A stretch of 64,000 bases of DNA from Candidatus Cloacimonadales bacterium (GTDB lineage Bacteria; Cloacimonadota; Cloacimonadia; Cloacimonadales; JAFGVF01): positions 2,464,001 to 2,528,000 of the forward strand of contig OY759729.1 in assembly GCA_963662585.1 (NCBI GenBank). The letters are read 5' to 3'. The notes under the pieces are model-generated. The model saw only the letters and a program-made list of their open reading frames with translations. It was not told where the DNA came from and searched no databases. The position numbers and the translations under genes were made by a program. Below are positions 1 through 10,226 of this stretch, piece after piece; position 1 is the first letter of the stretch, and each line of letters opens with the position of its first letter.

Positions 1-1
1 T

Positions 2-2059
2 AGTGGATGTTCAAATAATAAAGAAGATAATGTAATAAACTACTATATTTTAGATTATATTCCACACCTAGATAATGAAGATTTGAAACAAGTAACCCCC
101 TTCCCTTATAGTGTTGAGATTACAGAAACACAAATACCAAGAACTTATCAGAGAAACCAGATTGTAGAAAAGAATTCTATTAATACTATCTCTTATTCAG
201 AAGACAACTTGTGGGCAGATAAACTCTATAATTCTATTCCTCAATTGCTTTTACAAAAATCAACTAGATATAATTTCTTCGAAAATGTACAAAGAGACTT
301 TTTTACTAGTATCCCAGATTATTATATAGATACTTTTGTGGGAAATATTGAACAAGTTAAAAGCAGTGATTTTGTTTCCGCTCATGTAAAGATGGATTTC
401 TACTTAAGAAATTCTAAGCAAAAAATTGTAGTAGTTCATAGATTTAATAAAGATATCACTGTTTTAGATGATGATATGAGCTCAACTGTCCAAACATTTT
501 CCGAGATAATCTCAGAAGAATATGACAAATTCTTGGTTAAAGCCCAAGAGTTCTTTATTAATGGAACTGAAAGTAAAAATCAAATACCTCAGTTAAATGC
601 TGATATAGTAGAATATGGAGATTATTTTGAAGAGGCTGATATTGAAGGAGAAAATACTGGAGAATTAATAGTTCCTAATTTATCCCAAAGTCCTAATGCT
701 CCATCAGTTTTAGTAATGAATAATGAAACTTCTTACTCAACTATAATTGAAATGGGCCAAGTTAAAACCCTACCTGTAGGAAAATATACCCTCTATTTAG
801 GACAGGGGCAAGAAAGAGAATTAACTTATCCTATTGAGATAAAACAAAAATATAGAACTATTGTAGAACCTAAATGGAGCTCTTTAATTATTAATATTAT
901 CGATAGCGGAAAATCCCGAGTAAGAATGTCTTATGATATTTATGAAGGGGATAATAATGAAGCTATCGGATTTGACTTCTCTGCTGCTGATGAAGCTGGT
1001 GAAGAGAATAGAGTTTGGATTTTGCAACCAGGACGCTACTTCATAACTATTGATGGTGCTTCCTTCTCATCTTATATAGATTTTACCACTGTTGATATTG
1101 AGCCAGGCAAACACTATAATCTTACAATTGTTGTTGATCCTGAAGGTACAAACGGCAAACTCCTTGGAGCAGGTATTCACCCTCAAGAGACTGAGAACTT
1201 ATTAAAAACCTACTATTCCTCTCAAAACGCCTTCCATCTAAACTTCAATATCAATGCTGATAATGAAACTGAAGAGAAAACTTTTGATGAGAATATAACC
1301 TTGAGTAGTCAGTTTGATAAGAAGATGTACTACCAAAGAGATAATATCGATTATGAAGGTAGAATTAACTGGGAACTTGGTTTCAACAAAGCCTCAAATG
1401 AAGATTTGAAAATCTCTGTTGATGAATTCAGATTTAATAATACTCTTATCTACAATATTTGGGATCAACTAGGTCTCTATGGTAGATTTGACACTAATTC
1501 TCACTTCTTACCCAAACATAGCTATTTTACATCTGAATCAAACTACATAATCTACAATGAGAGTGGCGAAGTTGTTGATTCTCTATATTCTCAAGATAGA
1601 GTGAAAATTCAGAACCCTATTTTCCCATTAACCCTTAAAGAAGATATGGGACTTAATTATAGAATCAATAATGGCAAATATGGTAATGTTAACTTTAGAG
1701 CAGGTTTAGGTTGGTTACAGACATATAATCAGGATGTACTTGTTTTTGCCAAAGATAATACTTATGGAACTAAACTTTATAATAGATTATCGGATACCTC
1801 AACCAAAGGTATTGCTACTTCTATTGTAGGAAATGTTAATATTCCTCAAATTCGCTTGACTTGGTCTTCTACTGCTGATTTACTTATTCCTTTACAGGGA
1901 GCTCAGAAGCCTACTTTCGAGTTTATTAATATATTCAATATCAAGCTAATTAGAAATGTTTCTTGGGACTTCAGATTTGATGTTAATTATGATGAAAATG
2001 TGAAAGACTATTTCGTCTATAATACAAGTTCCTTCATCAGACTATCATACTTCTTCTAA
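2..2059 (+). CDS. PqiC/ABC_trans_aux-like lipoprotein fused to Ig/PEGA-like segments and a C-terminal beta-barrel-like region (5'-truncated by the window edge)
   Basis: The frame of ORF 83..2059 is open back to base 2 and reads SGCSNNKEDNVINYYILDY (lipobox-like SGC, then YYILD). PRTYQRNQIV...YSEDNLWAD is PqiC-like. The C-terminus has alternating strands ending RLSYFF. The gene lies directly upstream of mlaE/mlaF. Confidence 0.6.
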   Translation, partial: SGCSNNKEDNVINYYILDYIPHLDNEDLKQVTPFPYSVEITETQIPRTYQRNQIVEKNSINTISYSEDNLWADKLYNSIPQLLLQKSTRYNFFENVQRDFFTSIPDYYIDTFVGNIEQVKSSDFVSAHVKMDFYLRNSKQKIVVVHRFNKDITVLDDDMSSTVQTFSEIISEEYDKFLVKAQEFFINGTESKNQIPQLNADIVEYGDYFEEADIEGENTGELIVPNLSQSPNAPSVLVMNNETSYSTIIEMGQVKTLPVGKYTLYLGQGQERELTYPIEIKQKYRTIVEPKWSSLIINIIDSGKSRVRMSYDIYEGDNNEAIGFDFSAADEAGEENRVWILQPGRYFITIDGASFSSYIDFTTVDIEPGKHYNLTIVVDPEGTNGKLLGAGIHPQETENLLKTYYSSQNAFHLNFNINADNETEEKTFDENITLSSQFDKKMYYQRDNIDYEGRINWELGFNKASNEDLKISVDEFRFNNTLIYNIWDQLGLYGRFDTNSHFLPKHSYFTSESNYIIYNESGEVVDSLYSQDRVKIQNPIFPLTLKEDMGLNYRINNGKYGNVNFRAGLGWLQTYNQDVLVFAKDNTYGTKLYNRLSDTSTKGIATSIVGNVNIPQIRLTWSSTADLLIPLQGAQKPTFEFINIFNIKLIRNVSWDFRFDVNYDENVKDYFVYNTSSFIRLSYFF

Positions 2060-2063
2060 GATT

Positions 2064-3140
2064 ATGAGCAATATTAATATAAAAGATCAGACACTTTCAA
2101 TATCGGGCAAGATAGTCATTGCTACTATTACCCAATTACTAAAAGATTATGATCAGAATTTTAACAAAGCGACTATTACTAAGTTGAATCTCAATGCAGT
2201 AACCGAAATTGATGGGGCGGGGGTCTCTTTTGTCGAAATGCTATTAGATAGGAATAAGCTGGGAAAAGAGGCCTTAGTGCTAGAAAATCAAGCTATAATG
2301 AAGACTATTGAAGTATTCTCTTCTACTAGCGTTAATTCAGCAGAGAAACCAAAAGCTGATAACATCTTCGTAAAAGCAGGTGAGAATTTTCTTTCACTTA
2401 TGAAGCAACTACTAGATGGTTTATATTTAGCTTCTGATACTATTTGGTGGAGTATATCTGGTCTAGTGAACAAAAAAGGAAGACGCAAAGGTTCTGTCAC
2501 TGAGCAAGCACTTGTTATTGGTTTAGATGCAATGCCTATTGTTGCTCTCTTATCATTTGTTATTGGTTTTATTCTAACTCTACAATCTGGATTTCAATTA
2601 CAGAAATTCGGGGCTAATGTCTATATTGCTGATTTGCTAAGTATTTCCATAGTCCGAGAAATGGGACCGCTAATTACTGCGATTATTATAGCTGGTAGAA
2701 GTGGTTCTGCGATTGCTTCAGAGATAGCAACAATGAAAGTAACAGAAGAGATTGATGCCTTGAAGATGATGGCTTTGAATCCTATTAAATATGTTATTGT
2801 TCCTAAATTTCATGCCATAACTTTAACTATGCCCTTATTAGTAGCTTTTTCCATATTAATAAGCATGGGAGCTGGTTTACTAATCTCTGTTGGCTTTTTA
2901 GATGTTGCTCTTGAAGTATATATCTCTCGCTCAATTAATATTTTGGCAGTAAAAGATGTTATCATAACATTAATCAAGACAATCTGTTTTTCTTGGTTAA
3001 TAGTTATTATCGGAGCTTACTATGGAACAAAAGTTACTGGTGGAGCAGAAGGTGTTGGTAAAGCAACTACCAGCTCAGTTGTTACCTCAATCTTTGCTGT
3101 TATCTTAGCTGACGCAGCATTTAGCTTAATCTACTTATAA
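2064..3140 (+). CDS. mlaE: MlaE family ABC permease with N-terminal STAS-like domain
   Basis: REMGPLITAIIIAGRSGSAIASEIATMKVTEEIDAL and GGAEGVGKATT motifs; N-terminal LNAVTEIDGAG STAS-like segment. Confidence 0.93.
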   Translation: MSNINIKDQTLSISGKIVIATITQLLKDYDQNFNKATITKLNLNAVTEIDGAGVSFVEMLLDRNKLGKEALVLENQAIMKTIEVFSSTSVNSAEKPKADNIFVKAGENFLSLMKQLLDGLYLASDTIWWSISGLVNKKGRRKGSVTEQALVIGLDAMPIVALLSFVIGFILTLQSGFQLQKFGANVYIADLLSISIVREMGPLITAIIIAGRSGSAIASEIATMKVTEEIDALKMMALNPIKYVIVPKFHAITLTMPLLVAFSILISMGAGLLISVGFLDVALEVYISRSINILAVKDVIITLIKTICFSWLIVIIGAYYGTKVTGGAEGVGKATTSSVVTSIFAVILADAAFSLIYL

Positions 3141-3142
3141 TT

Positions 3143-3886
3143 ATGAAAAAAGATATAATAATAAAAACTACTGACCTTGTAGCTAAATATGGCGATAAGA
3201 TTATTTTAGATGGAATCTCTGTGGAGATGTATAAAGGTGAAGTTACTGTCATTCTGGGTACTAGTGGATGTGGTAAAACTACTTTACTCAAGAATATTCT
3301 TAGGATGTATCAGCCTTATTCTGGCACTGTAGAGATTTTCGGTGAAGAAGTATCTAACTTAGATGAAGATCAATTCAATGAGGTCCTAAAGAGAACAGGA
3401 ATGCTTTTTCAAAATGGAGCTCTTTTAAACTCTATAACTGTCTATGATAATGTAGCAATTCCTCTAGAACAGCATACTAATTTACCTCGAAGTATAATCG
3501 ATAGAATTATTAAAACAAAACTACATTTAGTTAATCTAGATCATGCAGTATATCTATCTCCTTCCGAATTATCAGGTGGTATGAAAAAGAGAGCAGCCTT
3601 AGCTCGGGCCTTAGCTTTGGAGCCAGAAATACTCTTTTGTGATGAGCCTTCAGCAGGACTTGACCCAATTACCAGCGCAGATTTGGATAAACTCATAATC
3701 AATCTAAAAAAGCAATTAAATATGTCAATGGTCATTGTTACCCATGAATTAGCTTCAATTCACAGAATTGCGGATAGGATAGTTTTTCTGCATAAAGGAA
3801 AGCTTCTCTTTAACGGAACTTTAGACGATGCCAAGAAATCAGGTATCCCTGAAGTTGAAGAATTTTTCGAAATAGGTTCTTTCTAA
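3143..3886 (+). CDS. mlaF: MlaF family ABC ATP-binding protein
   Basis: Walker A GTSGCGKT, LFQNGALL, signature LSGGMKKR, CDEPSAGLDP; adjacent to mlaE. Confidence 0.93.
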   Translation: MKKDIIIKTTDLVAKYGDKIILDGISVEMYKGEVTVILGTSGCGKTTLLKNILRMYQPYSGTVEIFGEEVSNLDEDQFNEVLKRTGMLFQNGALLNSITVYDNVAIPLEQHTNLPRSIIDRIIKTKLHLVNLDHAVYLSPSELSGGMKKRAALARALALEPEILFCDEPSAGLDPITSADLDKLIINLKKQLNMSMVIVTHELASIHRIADRIVFLHKGKLLFNGTLDDAKKSGIPEVEEFFEIGSF

Positions 3887-3932
3887 TTTTTTTACTTGTA
3901 AAAATTATCTCTTAATATTTTATTGTAAAAAA

Positions 3933-5717
3933 ATGATTAGAAGGATTTCTTTAATGAAACTAAACATATATTCTTGTATTTTTATTCTTTTCTTTGCTGT
4001 AACTTTAGCCTACGCTCAGAGTGATTCTTTGCTAGTTGTAAGTGATTCTTTGCTTTTCAATCAAGCAAAAGAGGATTCTCTCAGGATTGAAGCCTTTATT
4101 GATTCTTTAGAGAATCAAAAAGCTAAAATTGATTATGAGGCTTATCAGAGCTTATTCGAAAAAGTAGAAGATTATAAAAGTGCAAGTAGAGATAATTTTA
4201 ATGCTGATAGAAATAAAGGATTATTTTGGTCATTGCAAGGGCATCTCTTCGGATTAAATTCAGATAATTACTTTATTAAAAAAGATCACTTCTCGGAATT
4301 ACCTTCCCTTTATCCTACTTTCGTGAAAATGCAGAACTATAATCGACTTTACACAGATTCTAATAGTGGAAGTTTCTATAATTTAGACAAGGAATATTAT
4401 CAGTTACCAGTAACTGCTATTGAAGTTGTGGCTGGAACAGGTGATTATGATTTAGGTGCAGGCTTTTTCGCTTTGAAGAAGAACAAGTTTTTGGATAAGT
4501 ACAACTTAGATTTCAGAATGAATTTTCTTAAGGGTGATATGTTCTCTGGCAGTGAGTTGGCTTCTAATGTTAGTACTAATCTAATCATACCACTTAAAAA
4601 TAGCAGTGTAGATATTGCTTACAACTCCATCTCTTATGAAGGACCCTACTATCGCCTTTCACCAGCTTTCAAATTAAATACTACTATCTTTGAAGAGAAA
4701 AGTCGAGCCATCTCTCTTTATTATGCGAATAACTATCTTGATTTAGGATTAAAATACTCTTCAGAAACTTATAAAAGGATTACTCCTACTTCATTGAATA
4801 GAGAGTACTTTCAACTTTTATTTGCTAAGAATTTTACTCTAGATAATTGGCAGGGAAAAGCTAGTTATGAATACTATTTCCATAAGGAAGATTTTTATAG
4901 TCAAGAATTTAATTCCCTCTCCTCTGATATCGACCAGTTAGTAAGTTTAGATTTTAACTCAGACTATGACCGTCTTAACCTAAGCAATAAATTAGTAATA
5001 ACTTATCCTTATCAACTTTTGTCTAATACTAATCTCTATTATGACCTAACTAATCAGTGGCGATTAGGAGCATTTACTAATTTCAGGAAGACCCTTAAAA
5101 AAGATAATCTTTATACTGACTATGAATTTAGCTCAGACTCAGATTCTGAAGAATCTTTAATTCAAGCGCCTTTTTATCTTAACGAGAAGAATAATACTGG
5201 TATCAAGTTAAACTACTCAAAAAATAATTTAAATCTTGCTCTCGAAGTTGCTAATGCTACTATTGAATCAGAACTTCTAGATTCAACTATTACTGAAAAC
5301 TATCAAGCTATAAAAACTCAGTTATCTGCTAATTATTCTCTTGCTTATGGTAAGTATAGCTTTAAATTAGCCTCATTGATGAAGTTCTATCAGGATTTAG
5401 ATAATAATGATATTTATTATACTCCTCAAGCCAACCTAACAAATTCCGTAGAAATAATCCGGGATATGGATCATGATAATTACATAAAAGCTGGGATTGC
5501 CTATCATTTCTTTGATGCTTATTTAGGATTAGAAGATAAAAGCAATGTTATCTATAATGAGACTTCTCTATTGGATTTATATCTTGGCTTCCAGATAACT
5601 AAGCAATTCGAAATTAATGCTTACTGGAAGAATATTCTCGATAATCAATATATTGCAGGAGAAAGAACTATCCCACAATCTATCACTGTTCTAATCTCTT
5701 GGAATTTTCTTAACTAA
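3933..5717 (+). CDS. Putative outer-membrane beta-barrel / porin-like protein (start may be the second Met, 3954)
   Basis: Signal peptide (LAYA-Q), aromatic-rich amphipathic strands, C-terminal ISWNFLN. Confidence 0.6.
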   Translation: MIRRISLMKLNIYSCIFILFFAVTLAYAQSDSLLVVSDSLLFNQAKEDSLRIEAFIDSLENQKAKIDYEAYQSLFEKVEDYKSASRDNFNADRNKGLFWSLQGHLFGLNSDNYFIKKDHFSELPSLYPTFVKMQNYNRLYTDSNSGSFYNLDKEYYQLPVTAIEVVAGTGDYDLGAGFFALKKNKFLDKYNLDFRMNFLKGDMFSGSELASNVSTNLIIPLKNSSVDIAYNSISYEGPYYRLSPAFKLNTTIFEEKSRAISLYYANNYLDLGLKYSSETYKRITPTSLNREYFQLLFAKNFTLDNWQGKASYEYYFHKEDFYSQEFNSLSSDIDQLVSLDFNSDYDRLNLSNKLVITYPYQLLSNTNLYYDLTNQWRLGAFTNFRKTLKKDNLYTDYEFSSDSDSEESLIQAPFYLNEKNNTGIKLNYSKNNLNLALEVANATIESELLDSTITENYQAIKTQLSANYSLAYGKYSFKLASLMKFYQDLDNNDIYYTPQANLTNSVEIIRDMDHDNYIKAGIAYHFFDAYLGLEDKSNVIYNETSLLDLYLGFQITKQFEINAYWKNILDNQYIAGERTIPQSITVLISWNFLN

Positions 5718-5744
5718 TATCATAAGTTAATTACTTAGCTTTTT

Positions 5745-7919
5745 TTATTTCATAAGCACTATTTTGTGAGTTTGAAACTTTCCCTCAACTTCAATTTTGA
5801 TAAAATACATACCAGAAGAGGTTAAGTCACCAGCATTATTCTTACCATCCCACACGAAACTATGGTAACCACTATTTAACAAACCATGATAAAGAGTTCT
5901 AACTCTTTGACCTTTTAAGTTAAATATAGAAAGCTCCCCTTTACCTGCTTTTGCAACAATAAAGCTAATCTGAGTCTCTGGATTAAAGGGATTAGGGTAA
6001 TTCCTTAATCCAAAAGCTGATTCATTTGTTGGTAAGATATCTTCATCATGATTAGAAACACTTAGGGGGAGCATGGGGATATCCAAGTTTAACCCTAAGA
6101 CTTCCATAACTGTAACATCAGGGATAATAAGATCCTGATAATCCCAACGACTTGCCTTAATAGTATAAGTACCAGCTCCACAATGATAGGTGTATTTACC
6201 TAAGGTGTCGCTAAATTCAGGGAGTTTATCCATTATCTCTATCTTAACACAATCTAAAGCTTGATTGGTACTTGCATCATAGACATTACCTCTTAGACCG
6301 CCTATATAGGCAGAAGCATACTCATAAGCTCCGATATCTACTACTGCTGGCATATCACTGTTACTTGAGAATATTCTTTTATGATAGCGTATGTCAAAAT
6401 CTGGTAAATCCTCCCGATATGCACCAGCATCTCGGCAAGGTGAGGAAGCAGATAAAGAATAATCATGATTTAATGTATCTGCAAAAAGTGGGTCTGCGTA
6501 GATATGATCCTCAACATTGAATGCAGTTCCTTGTGGGAAAAGTAGAATTGAACAATTATTAATCAAACTTGTAATATATCCAGTTGAAGGAGTCCCATAC
6601 CAAGTGCTTATATCAATTATGTTATTTGTAAATATAGCAGCAGAGCTTCCTCTAGCATTAATTAACCAAGAATAGTTTACAAATGTATTATTGTATATAT
6701 ATGGTGATGTATCATCAGTTAAAAATAGTTTTCCTGCAGGAGAATCTGCTGTTTGTCGTACTAGATTATTAAAGAATCTGATTTGCCCGTCGGGAGCTAA
6801 TGATGAATTTTTTTTTAAATCCATAACACTACTAACATGTTCATTTGTTTCAATTATATTATTATAGATGTATGAATCGTTTCCCTCTGTTGCTGTCGCA
6901 GTAACTTGAACATTTCCCAATAGATAGTTATCAGAAACATAATTTGTCCCATACCCTCCAGAATATAAATTTATGGGATCTAAGTCAACCTTAGTCTTTA
7001 CTAAAGTATTTTTCCTAGCAAAAACAACATCCGTTGAATCACCAGATGAACACCCCCAGCCTCTTTTACCATTATAGGCATAATTACCGTAACTGTTAAT
7101 AGCAGGATAGTTCCATTCTATAGTTCTGGCTTCCTCTTCTCTTGCATCAAAGTCATCAAAAAAATTGAAGAGGTAATAGACTTTTATGTCACCCATAAAA
7201 GAAGCAAACATTGAATTACCAGTAAAATAACAACTGGCAATGATAAGCTCATAATCTTCAGCAGGATGGTTATCTTCTGAAGTTACTATGTTTATTGCTT
7301 GAGAAGAGACGAATGGTGGAGAATAGAAATCACCAGTATCAAAGCTACATTTATATACAACTAAATCCATCATCAGATTACCAGTTCCTAAAGCTATGTA
7401 ATTATCAGTAAATGTACAATTACTAATATTGATTAATCCATTACCGAATGTAAGAGTTGCAAATGCTTGTTGATAAGCTTCATAATCACAAGTGAAGCCA
7501 TTATTAATTTCGCAATATTCGAAAGTTGAGATTGGAGCATTGCTTGTAAAATAAATACCTCCCCATCTGTAGTCACTAGCATCTTGATATTTATCAAAAA
7601 TGATAGGATTCTCAGGAGTGCCAATAGCATTGATTGTTCCGTTAACAATTATCTTCTTGGCAACTGGTTCATTGTCGTTATTAAGCCCTCCCCACATAAA
7701 GTGATGTGGATCAGTAGTAACTCCTCCATAGACTAAAATTTCAGTCCCAGGCATAATAGTAAGAGTTACATTACTGTCTACATAAAGAAAAGAGTTTATG
7801 ATATATGGATTATGTTGAGGATACCAAACAGTATTCTGTGTAATATGACCGGCAACCTCTACTGAGAAAAGAGGTAAAAAGATTAATAATAAGACTAAAA
7901 GTAATATATACTTGTTCAT
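5745..7919 (-). CDS. Secreted beta-helix protein with carboxypeptidase-regulatory-like domain and FlgD-Ig/T9SS-type CTD (copy 1)
   Basis: Signal peptide; NN-rich beta-helix repeats; DPLF...LSASSPCRDAG...DIGAYE motif; CTD NYPNPFNPETQISF...KIVLMK. Confidence 0.8.
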   Translation of the reverse strand: MNKYILLLVLLLIFLPLFSVEVAGHITQNTVWYPQHNPYIINSFLYVDSNVTLTIMPGTEILVYGGVTTDPHHFMWGGLNNDNEPVAKKIIVNGTINAIGTPENPIIFDKYQDASDYRWGGIYFTSNAPISTFEYCEINNGFTCDYEAYQQAFATLTFGNGLINISNCTFTDNYIALGTGNLMMDLVVYKCSFDTGDFYSPPFVSSQAINIVTSEDNHPAEDYELIIASCYFTGNSMFASFMGDIKVYYLFNFFDDFDAREEEARTIEWNYPAINSYGNYAYNGKRGWGCSSGDSTDVVFARKNTLVKTKVDLDPINLYSGGYGTNYVSDNYLLGNVQVTATATEGNDSYIYNNIIETNEHVSSVMDLKKNSSLAPDGQIRFFNNLVRQTADSPAGKLFLTDDTSPYIYNNTFVNYSWLINARGSSAAIFTNNIIDISTWYGTPSTGYITSLINNCSILLFPQGTAFNVEDHIYADPLFADTLNHDYSLSASSPCRDAGAYREDLPDFDIRYHKRIFSSNSDMPAVVDIGAYEYASAYIGGLRGNVYDASTNQALDCVKIEIMDKLPEFSDTLGKYTYHCGAGTYTIKASRWDYQDLIIPDVTVMEVLGLNLDIPMLPLSVSNHDEDILPTNESAFGLRNYPNPFNPETQISFIVAKAGKGELSIFNLKGQRVRTLYHGLLNSGYHSFVWDGKNNAGDLTSSGMYFIKIEVEGKFQTHKIVLMK

Positions 7920-7934
7920 TCGAACTCCTTAGGT

Positions 7935-7960
7935 TGCGGGCTTCGGGAAACCGAAGCCAC
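7935..7960. repeat. REP-like GC-rich hairpin at the duplication junction
   Basis: TGCGGGCTTCGG-GAAA-CCGAAGCCAC has a perfect 8-bp stem; its ends resemble TGCGGGCTGGAAGCCCAC at 30137. Confidence 0.6.
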
Positions 7961-7972
7961 TTTTAGCTTTTT

Positions 7973-10153
7973 TTATTTCATAAGCACTATTTTGTGAGTT
8001 TGAAACTTTCCCTCAACTTCAATTTTGATAAAATACATACCAGAAGAGGTTAAGTCACCAGCATTATTCTTGCCATCCCACGCGAAACTATGGTAACCAC
8101 TATTTAACAAACCATGATAAAGAGTTCTAACTCTTTGACCTTTCAAGTTAAATATAGAAAGCTCCCCTTTACCTGCTTTTGCAACAATAAAGCTAATCTG
8201 AGTCTCCGGATTAAAGGGATTAGGGTAATTCCTTAATCCAAAAGCTGATTCAGTTGTTGGCAAGATATCTTCATCATGATTAGGAACACCTATGGGGAGC
8301 ATGGGGATATCCAAGTTTAATTCTAAGACCTCCATAACTGTAACATCAGGGATAATAAGATCTTGATAATCCCAACGACTTGCCTTAACAGTATAAGTCC
8401 CTGCTCCACAATGATAGGTGTAATTACCTAAGGTGTCGCTAAATTCAGGAAGCTTATCCATTATCTCTATCTTAACACAATCTAAAGCTTGATTGGTACT
8501 CGCATCATAGACATTACCTCTTAGACCGCCTATATAGGCAGAAGCATACTCATAAGCTCCGATATCTACTACTGCTGGCATATCACTGTTACTTGAGAAT
8601 ATTCTTTTATGGTAGCCTATGTCAAAATCTGGTAAATCCTCCCGATATGCGCCAGCATCTCGGCAAGGTGAGGAAGCAGATAAAGAATAATCACCATTAA
8701 GTGTATCGGCAAAAAGTGGGTCTGAGTAGAGATGATTTTCTATGTAATAGTATTCAGGTAAATCCATGATAGGAAGAACAGAACAGTTATTAATCAAGCT
8801 AGTGATGTATCCAAAAGAGTTACCACCATAACTATAATAGACACCAATAATATTATTTGTAAAGATTGTCTGACAATCTCCAATGCAACTAAGCATTGTG
8901 GCATAATTAATAAAAGTGTTGTTATAAATAAATGGAGAAGTGTATCTGGTTGTTACTAATTGAGGACCTGGAGGAGTAGTCCCTGTATACCGAACCAAAT
9001 TGTTAAAAAACCTGATTTGCCCTCCAGTGGAAGAAGTAGATTGCCGCTCAAATTCCAGCGTACTAGAACCAGGATATGTAGTTTCAATTATATTATTATA
9101 GATGTATGAATCGTTTCCCTCTGTTGCTGTGGCAGTAACTTGAGTATTTCCAAGCAGATAGTTATCAGAAACATAATTTGTTCCATACCCTCCAGAATAT
9201 AAATTTATTGGATCTAAGTCAACCTCAGTCTTTACTAAAGTATTTTTCCTAGCAAAAACAACATCCGTTGAATCACCAGATGAACACCCCCAGCCTCTTT
9301 TACCATTATAGGCATAATTACCGTAACTGTTAATAGCAGGATAGTTCCATTCTATAGTTCTGGCTTCCTCTTCTCTTGCATTAAAGTCATCAAAAAAATT
9401 GAAGAGGTAATAGACTTTTATGTCACCCATAAAAGAAGCAAACATTGAATTACCAGTAAAATAACAACTGGCAATGATAAGCTCATAATCTTCAGCAGGA
9501 TGGTTATCTTCTGAAGTTACTATGTTTATTGCTTGAGAAGAGACGAATGGTGGAGAATAGAAATCACCAGTATCAAAGCTACATTTATATACGACTAAAT
9601 CCATCATCAGATTACCAGTTCCTAAAGCTATGTAATTATCAGTAAATGTACAATTACTAATATTGATTAATCCATTACCGAATGTAAGAGTTGCAAATGC
9701 TTGTTGATAAGCTTCATAATCACAAGTGAAGCCATTATTAATTTCGCAATATTCGAAAGTTGAGATTGGAGCATTGCTTGTAAAATAAATACCTCCCCAT
9801 CTGTAGTCACTAGCATCTTGATATTTATCAAAAATGATAGGATTCTCAGGAGTGCCAATAGCATTGATTGTTCCGTTAACAATTATCTTCTTGGCAACTG
9901 GTTCATTGTCGTTATTAAGCCCTCCCCACATAAAGTGATGTGGATCAGTAGTAACTCCTCCATAGACTAAAATTTCAGTCCCAGGCATAATAGTAAGAGT
10001 TACATTACTGTCTACATAAAGAAAAGAGTTTATGATATATGGATTATGTTGAGGATACCAAACAGTATTCTCAGTAATATGACCACCAACCTCTACTGAG
10101 AAAAGAGGTAAAAAGATTAATAACATGACTAAAAGTAATATATACTTGTTCAT
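7973..10153 (-). CDS. Secreted beta-helix protein with FlgD-Ig/T9SS-type CTD (copy 2, tandem paralog)
   Basis: Nearly identical to 5745..7919 except for a ~120-aa central region; RBS AAGGAG upstream. Confidence 0.8.
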   Translation of the reverse strand: MNKYILLLVMLLIFLPLFSVEVGGHITENTVWYPQHNPYIINSFLYVDSNVTLTIMPGTEILVYGGVTTDPHHFMWGGLNNDNEPVAKKIIVNGTINAIGTPENPIIFDKYQDASDYRWGGIYFTSNAPISTFEYCEINNGFTCDYEAYQQAFATLTFGNGLINISNCTFTDNYIALGTGNLMMDLVVYKCSFDTGDFYSPPFVSSQAINIVTSEDNHPAEDYELIIASCYFTGNSMFASFMGDIKVYYLFNFFDDFNAREEEARTIEWNYPAINSYGNYAYNGKRGWGCSSGDSTDVVFARKNTLVKTEVDLDPINLYSGGYGTNYVSDNYLLGNTQVTATATEGNDSYIYNNIIETTYPGSSTLEFERQSTSSTGGQIRFFNNLVRYTGTTPPGPQLVTTRYTSPFIYNNTFINYATMLSCIGDCQTIFTNNIIGVYYSYGGNSFGYITSLINNCSVLPIMDLPEYYYIENHLYSDPLFADTLNGDYSLSASSPCRDAGAYREDLPDFDIGYHKRIFSSNSDMPAVVDIGAYEYASAYIGGLRGNVYDASTNQALDCVKIEIMDKLPEFSDTLGNYTYHCGAGTYTVKASRWDYQDLIIPDVTVMEVLELNLDIPMLPIGVPNHDEDILPTTESAFGLRNYPNPFNPETQISFIVAKAGKGELSIFNLKGQRVRTLYHGLLNSGYHSFAWDGKNNAGDLTSSGMYFIKIEVEGKFQTHKIVLMK

Positions 10154-10226
10154 TCGAACTCCTTAAAAAAAAAAAATAATCCATTATATTGATCAGCTAA
10201 GATTATCCCCTTATATCCTGAATAAG

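Larger units (their letters stand above)
5735..10165. repeat. Direct tandem duplication of ~2.2 kb (5735..7931 and 7963..10165)
   Basis: Both units run from TTAGCTTTTTTTATTTCATAAGCAC to CATTCGAACTCCTTA, separated by a 31-bp unique spacer. Confidence 0.95.

Noticed and set aside
7433..7648. Identical 71-aa alternate-frame ORFs (also 9667..9882)
   Set aside because: They are out-of-frame by-products of the duplicated gene, with no independent coding evidence.
5745..10153. Diversity-generating retroelement (TR/VR pair) as the cause of the variable cassette
   Set aside because: There is no reverse transcriptase in the window, both copies are full genes, and the differences include indels and are not restricted to adenines.
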